Part shown: positions 1 to 11,156 of the stretch, one piece after another | Layout: the number at the start of each line of letters is the position of its first letter | Numbering within the stretch: position 1 is the stretch's first letter | Source: Octopus vulgaris | Lineage: Eukaryota | Assembly (NCBI GenBank): GCA_951406725.2 | Contig: OX597815.1 | Location: 202,926,001 to 202,990,000 of the forward strand | Direction: 5' to 3' | DNA length: 64,000 nucleotides | Made by a program: the position numbers and the translations under genes | The notes under the pieces: model-generated | Database searches by the model: none | What the model saw: only the letters and a program-made list of their open reading frames with translations | Told to the model about the DNA's origin: nothing

Positions 1-332
1 CAAACAAAACTGAGAGTTACCAAGAACAAAGTAACGCATTTTGCATTGCACACAATACGTCAGCGCCATCTATTGCTAAACTACATAATGAACTTTTTCA
101 TAGTTTGTTTTATTGTGCTATTTCTTTAATTTTGAATTAAGACTGCTTTCATTTTAGCAAATTTGATGTTACGGCCTATATCTCGCCGAAAGTATAGTTA
201 TAATCTTGCGCATGCGCATAACTCATAATTCTGAAATGCTAGACCAATTCTGAGTGCGGGTTCGGAACTAGTATCCCCAATTTAGTCAAAAAATACATGC
301 TTTTACACCAGTAGCAAATTCTTTGTTGCCTA

Positions 333-748
333 GGCGCAGGAGTAGCTGTGTGGTAAGTAGCTTGCTAACCAACCACATGGTTCAGGGTTCAGTCCCACTG
401 CGTGGCATCTTGGGCAAGTGTCTTCTGCTATAGCCCCGGGCCGACCAATGCCTTGTGAGTGGATTTGGTAGACGGAAACTGAGAGAAGGCTGTCGTATAT
501 ATGTATATATATATATATGTGTGTGTATGTGTTTGTATGTCTGTGTTTGTCCCCCTAGCATTGCTTGACAACCGATGCTGGTGTGTTTATGTCCCCGTCA
601 CTTAGCGGTTCGGCAAAAGAGACCGATAGAATAAGTACTGGGCTTACAAAGAATAAGTCCCGGGGTCGATTTACTCGACTAAAGGCGGTGCTCCAGCATG
701 GCCGCTTTCAAATGACTGAAACAAGTAAAAGAGTAAAGAGTAAAGAGT
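333..748 (+). mobile_element. tRNA-headed SINE, family A (CORE-like body, internal TA/TG microsatellite)
   Basis: Starts GGCGCAGGAGTAGCTGTGTGGTAAG with A-box and B-box (GGTTCAGTCCC) like motifs; CORE-like CTTGGGCAAGTGTCTT; (AAAGAGT)n tail; near-identical copy at 54926-55340. Confidence 0.85.
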
Positions 749-1186
749 AGTGGAATCAACAACAAAATATTTTTAACGGTCAGCTTTATTCACAAACGGT
801 CAGTTGAGCTAAATTGGGACTGTCAACACGGTCATTAGGCCTTCCATATATTGCAGGCAATACTCCATGAAATGAAACATGTTTAGATAGTGGAATTGCA
901 CAATTATGGTTACATTTGAAACACCTTCGCGAAACTTTATAAAACGGATCGTCGACTAATACCCACTGTATTCTAATTTTGTTTCGTTTTTTTTTGTCGT
1001 ATTTTGAATTTGTTGTTTTTATTTGTTTCTTTTTATGTTATTATTCCCCTGTGCTGTAAGTGGGTTACTTGTTCTGGCGGTGTGCTAGGTTTGTCGATAG
1101 AATTTTTGTAAAATTTACTGTCGATACCCTTGTCAGTGTTTATCAGAACCAATCTTCTCAAAAGATCAGGGAAGTATTATTAGTTT

Positions 1187-1566
1187 GGAGGCGCAATGGC
1201 CCAGTGGTAAGGACAGCGGACTCGCGGTCATAGGATCGCGGTTTCGATTCCCAGACAGGGCGTTGTGAGTGTTTATTGAGCGAAAACACCTAAAGCTCCA
1301 CGACGCCCCGGTAGGGGTTGGTGGTGAACCCTGCTGTACTCTTTCACCACAACTTACTCTCACTATTACTTCCTGTTTCTGTTGTACCTGTATTTCAAAG
1401 GGCCAGCCTTGTCACTCTCTGTGTCACGCTGAATACCCCCGAGAACTACGTTAAGGGTGCACGTGTCTGTGGAGTGCTCAGCCACTTACATGTTAATTTC
1501 ACGAGCAGGCTGTTCCATTGATCGGATCAACCAGAACCCTCGTCGTCGTAACTGACGGAGTGCTTC
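1187..1566 (+). mobile_element. tRNA-headed SINE, family B
   Basis: tRNA-like head GGAGGCGCAATGGCCCAGTGG...GGTTTCGATTCCC; 11-bp TSD ATTATTAGTTT at 1176-1186 and 1569-1579; copies at 33769 and 38823 on the minus strand. Confidence 0.9.
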
Positions 1567-2182
1567 GAATTATTAGTTTAAAATAATGTAATTGTGCTTA
1601 TCGCGGTATGTGTTCGGGTTCTACGCTTTCAAAAAGTTTAAAACTATGGAAGGAGATCGAAGTCATAATCGAAAATTTTAAAAGCAATAAGACAATATTA
1701 TGAAAATCAATTAAATTTATGAAGGAATAAGAATGTTTATAAAACATGGTAATCCTAGAGCCCTGCAAGTTAATATAAAGAGCCATAGAGATATTGATTT
1801 TCTGACCTAGAATTTTTACGAATGATGCATTCAAACAATGCGGCAATATTTTTTTGTACAGCATTCCTTATGCTTCGTAAGATATATTTTCATGAGATTG
1901 TAAGATATTTATAACATTTGCTGCTTGAACCAAAATTTTTCTTGTCATCTCAGAACAATGAATCATGCCTTATATTTAGAAATTAGCTTACATTTTGTGT
2001 GATAAATGTCACTGATATAACTATAAAAAGATACACGCGAACATGTAACACATGCAATTCACATAAATGCACATTCAAATATGCTATACATATGTTCTTT
2101 TATATATAAACATACAAACACATATGTGGGCTGCACATGCATGTGAATATCAAGTGTACACGCGCGGATTTGTGTGTGGGCT

Positions 2183-2251
<69 letters not shown>

Positions 2252-2347
2252 GTAGGTAGGTAGGTAGGTAGGTAGGTAGGTAGATGGATGGATAGATAGA
2301 TAGATATGTTTCTTTATTAGCCACACCGGGCTGCACACAGATAGAAC

Positions 2348-2399
<52 letters not shown>

Positions 2400-2534
2400 C
2401 GATAGATGGATGGATAGATAGATCGATAGATGGATGGATTGATGGATAGATAGATAGATGGATGGGTGGATGGATGGATAGATAGATAGATAGATGGATG
2501 GATGGATGGATGGATTGATGGATAGATAGATAGG

Positions 2535-2617
<83 letters not shown>

Positions 2618-3018
2618 TTAGGTAGATAGATAAGTTTCTTTATTGGCCACACAGGGCTGCACACAGATGGGACAAGCTACAAGGTAGAGCTTTTCTTTTG
2701 GGGGATGAAAAAAAAAGGTGTCGTAGGTTTTCGATCAAAGGGATCGTAAAAGGGGGGAAAAAAGGAAAAGAAAAAAAAGAAAAAGGGAAGGGAACAAAAG
2801 AAAAGAAAAATGAAAAAAGAAGAAAAAAGAGGAATTTTTTCAAAGCAACAAATACATCAGCAGTAATTACATTACAAAAAGTAGATCTAAATAAAGTTAT
2901 GGACATTTTTTCATAAATTCCACAAATAAAACAGAAGAAAATGCGTTCACGTACATGTACACTTTAAATATTCTTTCCCAAAAGGGGAAGAGGAAAAAAA
3001 AACGATCACTAGGGATCG

Positions 3019-3079
<61 letters not shown>

Positions 3080-3395
3080 GGATGGATGGATAGATAGATA
3101 GATAGATAGATAGATATGTTTCTTTATTAGCCACACAGGGCTGCACACAGATAGAACAAATTACAAGGTAGAGCTTTTCTTTTGAAGGGTTAGAAAAAAA
3201 AAAAAAAAAAAAAGGAAGGGGGAGTTTCGATCAAAAGGGATCGTAAAAGGAGAGAAAGAGGACAAAAAAAGGGGGGTTAAAAAAAGGGGGGAGGAAAAAC
3301 AATTGATCAATAGGGATCGTTATCACAGAAATGTCAATATGAAGTGTAATAGATAGATAGATAGATAGATAGATAGATGGATGGATGGATGGATG

Positions 3396-3472
<77 letters not shown>
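2183..3472 (-). repeat. (GATA)n cluster containing three 5'-truncated copies of one LINE-like 3' end (2306-2349, 2632-3020, 3116-3350)
   Basis: Each copy reads on the minus strand ...TGTGTGCAGCCC(T/G)GTGTGGC(T/C)AATAAAGAAAC followed by (ATCT)n, i.e. polyA signal plus microsatellite tail; copies differ in 5' length. Confidence 0.75.
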
Positions 3473-3473
<1 letters not shown>

Positions 3474-3879
3474 AGGTATAGTGTAGGCATGACTGTGTGG
3501 GCGGTTAAGATGTTTGTTCCGCAACAAAAATGTTGTTCACTAGACAGAAAACCAGTACTGCCGCAAGGCACATTCACACAATGTCTTCTACCTCAACCTC
3601 AAGTTTTTCGAGATATAACGAGCGGGAAGGGAAACTAAATTATCACGAGATGTTTATTGAACATCCCTTTAGGGAATTTCACTTGGCTGTTGCTGACAGG
3701 AATACAGTGAGCCAGTGACTTACAACCAAGCATGATTTCATAATATGTTTTCATTGTTTTAAATAATTCGATTATGTGTTCGATTTCACTTAACAGCTTT
3801 AGGATTGTTTAAAGTGTAACACACGAACACATACACAGACAGACAAACTATCATTGGTAATTTGAAATACTGTAATACT

Positions 3880-4066
3880 GTCAGTGAACAGGTCGCGGTC
3901 TTAAAGCGACAAAAATATTTTGAAAAAATTAAACTTAAATGTTGAATTGAATCGAACGGCTTTTGTGTGTTTCTTAAATGGCTTACAAACACCTTCCACG
4001 CTGCAATTGTTTTCGTTTCAGCACACGATCTCAGATCAAATCACTTGCTATGCAAGTACATCTCCG
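3880..4066 (+). mobile_element. Short Penelope-like non-autonomous element (family P1) with degenerate hammerhead
   Basis: Same sequence as 32682-32873 and 58261-58421; flanked by direct repeat GTAATACTGT (3872-3881, 4066-4075); GAAA core mutated to AAAA in this copy. Confidence 0.7.
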
Positions 4067-4899
4067 TAATACTGTACTGGTTTATTAGTAAATCTGTTCA
4101 AAACTGCAGGAAGACATTTAAAAAAAAATAAACACATTTTAGAAGCATTCATTTTATTGGAGTTTGTCTGCAAGCTAAAATATCTATAGCCTTGCTATAA
4201 AATGAAACATAGTGGATATTAAGACTATGGTGAAGATGTCTTACTCACTACCCTTGGAGAAAATTTCAAATTAACAGGTTATCTCAAGGTTATCAGAAAT
4301 TACTGTGCTTGTATTTTAATCCCAGCTCAACTCGGTCGGGCAGATCTATGATCAGAAGTATTCCATACGAACTGAGCTGTCTCTTTAGGAGTAACTTTAA
4401 TGGATTACAATATCAGATACTTTTTGTATTTAGATTATGTGGAATGCTTTCACGAGATTTCGCTGCTAGTTTTAAAATAGCCATCGAAACTTAATAAGAA
4501 CGATGCTCTTTAGAAAATATCTATGATTAGCGTGTTAATCCTTTAGAGTAAATTTACTTGCCAGTATTTAAATTGTATTGGCGGGAACGAATACATCAGT
4601 AGTAATTACATTATAAAAAGGAGATCTAAATAAATTTATGGACATTGTTTCATAAATTCCACAAATAAAACAGAAGAAAATGCGTTCACGTACATGTACA
4701 CTTTAAATATTCTTTCCCAAAACATCACTGAACCCGATGTTAACGTAAATTTTGTTAAAATGCCTGCATGCAAGATTACTTAAAAAGATATATGCTTAAA
4801 ATCAAAAAGTAATATACCAGATATAGATTAATAAAACATAAATAAATGCATAAAGGAAATACGATTAACGAAAATATAATAAAACAACTTCGAAAACAT

Positions 4900-6100
4900 T
4901 ACCACGGAGATAGGTATAGCGTCATAGAAAGAACAAAATCGATAATACCATAGTTACAAAATGCAATATACGTTGCAGAACAACACCTAGAAAAGTGTGG
5001 AGACATTTTTTAATCAAAATTCCAATCAAGAAGTATCGAAAATGAAATGTCTTGTAGTAGTGGTAATAATCTAAAGATGGCAACATTTAACGAATTTTTT
5101 TGTACCTTAATATGACTTAGCCAAAAGCGTTTCAAATACAACATTCGATAATAAATCAGCAAAACTATAAAACGAATATCATATTAGACCATCATGGGCA
5201 TACACTAAATAGTTGTGAACGATAAATTTTGCAACGTATTAATATTTCAGTTACAATGGTCACAGAGGCAAATGGGTACCTTCTGGAAATGTCTCTTATA
5301 GAAACGTGTAAAACAAATATATAAAATGGAAAAGAAAGGTATAGAGATTTATGATCTAGATCTGAAAATGTCACTTCAATGGATCACGAAAAAGAATATA
5401 ATCTGAGCAAGAAACACAAGAAAAACTACAAACAATATTTGCAGGAAAACAAAATGCAAAATTGTTGTTTCAAATACTCATATGGAGAAAAACCCCAGCG
5501 TACAGACTAGGAAAGACAACTGATCAGCAAAGACCTGATTAATTTAAAAATAAAAATAGTATCAATTAATTAGCAGAAAGATTTTAATGGTCTTCCACAT
5601 ATACAACAAAAGTAAAGGTTATGAAACAATGCTAATAACGCTTTATAGGAATCGCATTATATTGATATCGGGAATCAGCCTACCTACTAATTGGTATGGT
5701 TCTCAAGTTGATATGGTAATGCACGATAGTTATACGTTTCGTAAAGGGTTCAATAAGAAAACAGATAACAATAACTGTAATTACATTACAGCTTTCAAGC
5801 ATTTATATAGAAAGATATTCACAAAGGAGAATTAAAAGAATATAAAAGAATGTCTAGTATAGGGCTACAGAAATGGCTGATAAAGTTTGTTATTAATAAC
5901 CTGAATAAAACCAAAGTTGTTTTGAATTTGAGAAAAGGAAAACAGATATAGAATAGATAAGAAATGAAATAACTGAGAATAATCAGGACGTTGAGAGATT
6001 TAATTAAAATAAATATGAATCACGAATGCAAGGAAAACACTTCTATTTAAGAAATCCCAGAAATAGGGAGTAAAACGAATGTAGTACAATCTCAAGTACT
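4900..6100 (+). mobile_element. Possible heavily decayed non-LTR retrotransposon RT region
   Basis: A-rich strand bias and scattered RT-like traces (LQNA near 4955, DL.KAF-like near 5115); many stops and frameshifts. Confidence 0.3.
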
Positions 6101-6649
6101 ACATTTTCTCTAAAGCTAAAGAAAATGAACGTTTACGTTGCAACAGCAAAATCAAAATCTTCCCATTTATAAAGAATGTTACAAAAATTAATTAAAAACT
6201 CAGTTTGAGGTTTATAAAGAATTAAACAGTCAAGTCGTTTGGGGTGAGCAATCTTAATTAACATTGAATGAATAAATGTAATTATCGAGTTAGCTTGTTT
6301 CCTTCATATTAGCATATTTTAACGTGAAATACCGTCATGCAATATATGATGAAAAGATACACCATAATCTTATATCAACGGAAGAGGAAGACATTTTCAT
6401 AACTTTAAATTTCACGCTAAGCCCTATCGTCAAATAGATTCTCTGCGAAAACTCCTCTAACTGATTCATTTTCAGGTAAAAAATCAAATTTAGGGAAGTA
6501 CAAACATTTTCTTATTTAATGAATATGTCCAAGAAACCAAGCGTACTTACACACTCTCACATATAAACACATACAATCACAAGTATACACCACAAACTCA
6601 CGGACACACAGAGCCATATATATGCAGGTATGTAAATGTGCATATATAT

Positions 6650-6885
6650 ACGTATATGAAGAAGACCTCCTTCGATCATGAATGACCAGAAGATTACTCC
6701 TAGAAAGTTCCCCTCTGAAGAACAAGTTCAGATAAGATTGTCTATAGAAGACCAGCAGTTGCTTGGCACCAGTGACATCGAAGCTCACTTCTACAGTTGA
6801 GTGAAATGGAGCAACGTGAAATAAAGTGTCTTGCTCAAGAGCAATATAGAAAGCCAGGTCTGGGAATCGAGCTCACTACCTCAAG
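6650..6885 (-). mobile_element. Degenerate CORE-type SINE fragment
   Basis: Minus strand has B-box-like GCTCGATTCCC then TTGAGCAAGACACTTTATTTCACGTTGCTCC, shared with 56040-56330. Confidence 0.6.
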
Positions 6886-6982
6886 TTTGTGAAATAGATA
6901 GAGACAGAGAGAGAGCAGCAGAGTGAAAGATAGGGCAAAACCGTGGGCCTCACTAAAGATCTCGTAGTGTTTTCTATATTCT

Positions 6983-7382
6983 TTTCTACTCTAGGCACAA
7001 AGTCCGAAATTTTTAGGGAGATCGGAGGGGGGCAGTCGATTACATCGATTCTATTACGCAACTGGCACTTAATTTATCAACCACGAAAGGATGAAAGGCA
7101 AAGTTGACCCCAGCGGAATTTGAACTCAGAATATAAAGATAGAGGAAATATCTATTTTTTTACTACCCACAAGAGGCTAAACACAGAGAGGACAAACAAG
7201 GACAGAAAAACGAATCAAGTCGATTATATCGACCCCAATGCGTAACTGGTACTTAATTTATCGACCCCGAAAGGATGAAAGGCAAAGTCGACCTCGTCAA
7301 AATTTGAACTCAGAACGTAGCGGCAGACGAAATACGGCTACGCATTTCGCCCGGCGTGCTAACGTTTCTGCCAGCTTGCCGC
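6983..7382 (-). mobile_element. SINE family C, composite (two partial units)
   Basis: Reverse complement of the 14568-14798 element; block GAAAGGATGAAAGGCAAAGT...AATTTGAACTCAGAA occurs twice; same layout at 61590-61945. Confidence 0.8.
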
Positions 7383-7992
7383 AATGGAGTGTTTTCTATA
7401 TTGATAATCTCTGGAACCCGTCTGTTGACTCTCTCTTGCTTTCTCTCTTTTCTCTCTTTCTCTCTCTCTGTTGATTTGATATATATATATATATGTATTT
7501 GTGTGTGTGTGAGCGCGCACCTGTGTGAATGTGTGTGCCTATGCGTGTGTGTTTGTGTGAGCGTTTGTGTGTGTGTATGTGTGTTTTCGTGCGTGTGTGT
7601 GTGCGTGACCATGCTATTAGAAATATAAGCATTTGGAACCTCGTTCAATATCTGTAAATATTTTTTTTTATGTTTAGAAAATACTTCAGATAAATACATT
7701 TGCGAACTCGGTCTACTACTGCAATGACGTGGAAAAAAAGGTTATTGATTAATGAATTTAATTAACGAAAGTGTCATGCGACATGATTAGGTGCCAACTA
7801 CACTATGCCATGGCGAAAGTTATCTTTAAATTTTCACCAGCATATTTTTTTTAAAAATCCATCACGTCATTGCGCATTTTTACTAATGCGCGTCGCATAT
7901 TTGCAATATACACAACGGCACATGCACATACGTACATACGCACCAGGGGCATGCATGCAAGTAGAACACAAATGCACATACACACACAAATA

Positions 7993-8038
<46 letters not shown>

Positions 8039-8084
8039 GAGCAATAATAAATCTCTGAGCTAGGTATAAACAGTAGCTGCATAT

Positions 8085-8345
8085 CATGAAGTATATTTCC
8101 CACTTAAATATGGCTAACCCTTAAGGGTGGATGCTACTGTAGCTTGTAGCCCCAGGAGGTCACCTCCTGGCTATTGACACGCTTCCTGTGCCCTATCAGT
8201 ATTTGCAAAGGGAAGCCATTCATCCCATCTTCAATCTGACATGATACACACAGACTCGAGTTTCTGGGTATTGACCTGTCATCAGCGTGTAACAATCACC
8301 GATTGCCTATGAAAAGTGGGTTCCCTTTGCAAATATATGTCGTTT
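8085..8345 (-). mobile_element. Short hammerhead-containing repeat (family P2), related to the 21870-22470 units
   Basis: Shares GCTAC...TAGCCCCAGGA...CTGGCTAT(T/C)GA leader with 21890; contains hammerhead fold; lies between (TA)n tracts. Confidence 0.6.
8248..8290 (-). ncRNA. Minimal type I hammerhead ribozyme motif
   Basis: Minus strand ACACG-CUGAUGA-CA-GGU-CAAU-ACC-CA-GAAA-CUCGAG-UC-UGUGU: canonical core, 5-bp stem I, palindromic stem III (ACUCGAGU), GUC cleavage triplet; base of stem II is mismatched. Confidence 0.75.
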
Positions 8346-8372
8346 TTCCAGTGGCGAAAAGTCACTGATATC

Positions 8373-8413
<41 letters not shown>

Positions 8414-8911
8414 CATATATATGAGAGAGAGAGAAACCACGTTTGGCAGCAAAAGAAGTAGGACTCAATATCTTTGGAAATATAGGAAAACAATGGCTTA
8501 GTGCATGTTATGCTTATGATTTTCCTTCGGGATCTTGGGAGTCATTGAATATAACAGACTTTTCTGCATTACACATCCATGCGAAATCAAATCACCCAGA
8601 CAACCACCATCAGTCATCGACACGGAAGCATGAAGAAGGGAAAACCCTTTTCACTTACACATCAAACACTTGATAATTAAATGAGGTACCGCAGCGCAGT
8701 CATTGCCTAAACGAAATCTGATGCTCAGTATAAAAAAATGAGCTTATCCAGTGCCTTAAGGAGGTACAATGAAGGTATCTTAGGACAAAAGGAACAGTGA
8801 AAACAATAGCAGCATGCAACAATTACAACTAGTCTCCAGCACTATAAAATGCAAACTTTCAAAAATATATATAGTACACAGTCTTGCTTAAGATAAATAA
8901 ACCTTCCTTAA

Positions 8912-9512
8912 CCCCTTACCCAACAATTATTTTGAAAATAAATGTATTTTTTCAGGCATATTTTTTAATTGTCTTATTTTACTATGTTTTGAATGGTGAT
9001 TTCGAGGTATATTTCAAACCTTATTTATTATGCCAGTGTCTTGCATCTACCTCATCCTCATCTTCAGTTTCTTCACTTGAATAAAACTCTTCTGACGAAC
9101 TTTCACTCTCATCAGATGTATCCAACCCTCCAAGAGAAGCTTCGTAATCGCTATCATCATCAGAGTTCGACATGGTGGGGTTATAATATCAAGATATAAA
9201 AAAAACAACGTAAAAACAAAGTGAATACTTCTATTCATAAAATGTGCCTTCCAACCCTTCGACTGTCTCCAGGTGACTAAATCATACTCGGTCTTCAATG
9301 CCTTACTCAAGCGAAAGGTGGCAGAAATCGTCACTGCCAGACGTATTAAGTGAGCGAATATACACGTATATGTCAAAAAAGAGTTTATAATAGACGAAGG
9401 AACTTGTTTGCTGTCGATTTTGGGGAATCTATCCTTTGACGAGTTAACTCGCCAGAGATAGAAAAAAACATTTCGGTCAAAACGCATATATTCGGTTCTG
9501 CCGGGTAAGGGG
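8912..9512 (-). mobile_element. piggyBac-type non-autonomous transposon
   Basis: TTAA at 8908-8911 and 9513-9516; terminal inverted repeats CCCCTTACCC / GGGTAAGGGG; internal minus-strand acidic stub MSNSDDDSDYEASLGGLDTSDESESSSEEF resembling a piggyBac transposase N-terminus. Confidence 0.8.
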
Positions 9513-10495
9513 TTAAAGGGCGCTTGGCACAGCACTGCTGTTCATTACGTTACGTTCAAACAAGAAACCAACATAAATATTTCCAAGTTCTTTGAACTCT
9601 GATTCATCGAATAAATCCTGCCTCCCTTATCAAGAGAAGACGAACAAAGCTCATCTCAGCCTACCAACATAGGTTAAATACCGTGCTAATGAACCTCAGA
9701 TCATATGCACGGTCAGTTTATTCACTTTAAGTAGTATTCCACCAACAAAACAAAACCTCTACATAATCAGTTACAATTCTAATAGCTTTACACATTCAAA
9801 CATGTGATTAGCCCAAAAGCGAACACATCTGAATGAAAATATATGGAATATCAGCGAAGAACAAAACAATTAGTGAGTAGTTTTCTAATTACTTTTCTGA
9901 GAATGTTTTGTTTTTGCCTGTCGCTCCAGCCTGGTGTTCAGACTGATCCGAGTATTTTTGGTTGAAGAAGTATATCCCATCTTGGGAAGCACACTGGGAG
10001 GGCCAATTGAACTTGGTTGAGAGTAGCTTTATGAACTATATAAATGGTTTGTCACATTACGCGTTTAAATGCTATGCTTTTGCGGACAGTGGAAAGGTAA
10101 ACGCAACTACAAATTATGAAAATTTAGTGATAAGAATTGCAATATACGGCAACATTACACTGGGAGGCATACCTTAGAGTACAGCGAAACACGAAAGTGA
10201 CATTCAATATCTGCCATATAGTGATGTCTCCAACCGCATTTTCACTACTCGGGAAGGTGACACATGAGAAAGTGAGATTAATCTCGCAGCACAACGACTT
10301 TCCTTCAGAAAAGGCCTAGCCAGTACACGTGGAGCCTCAAAATTCTAGAAATCACAAACTGAAATGTTTTACTCTTTGTGTCAAGTGCGTTTTCAACATG
10401 AAAACACTGACATTTCCATAGTTTCGTTAAGCACATGTACACACCATATGTAGTATATGAAGGAGCAGTCATGTGTATGTATGCGCGTGCGTGTC

Positions 10496-10538
<43 letters not shown>

Positions 10539-10544
10539 ATATAA

Positions 10545-10596
10545 GACTCTGAGTATCGGATGCCGAGGTGGAAATCCACGCTGCCACCTCTTCAGT

Positions 10597-10600
<4 letters not shown>
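10545..10600 (-). ncRNA. Degenerate hammerhead motif (family P3 fragment)
   Basis: Minus strand CUGAAGA-GGUG...CAUCC-GAUA-CUCAGAG-UC; homologous to 10899-10960 with GAAA changed to GAUA. Confidence 0.55.
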
Positions 10601-10647
<47 letters not shown>

Positions 10648-10756
10648 ATTTGCCTAATAGTGGTTTTATCTCTAATTTAATATATATATTTATACTGTAA
10701 AATTAGATTTAATCCTAAATCTAATTTTTCCCTGTAACTTTGGATTCACTCCCTAA

Positions 10757-11082
<326 letters not shown>

Positions 11083-11109
11083 TTAATATATATATATATA
11101 CATACATAC

Positions 11110-11156
<47 letters not shown>

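Noticed and set aside
1187-1260. tRNA genes at SINE heads (also 333, 14568, 62631)
   Set aside because: No complete cloverleaf or terminator; the heads continue into repeated SINE bodies, with TSDs in family B.
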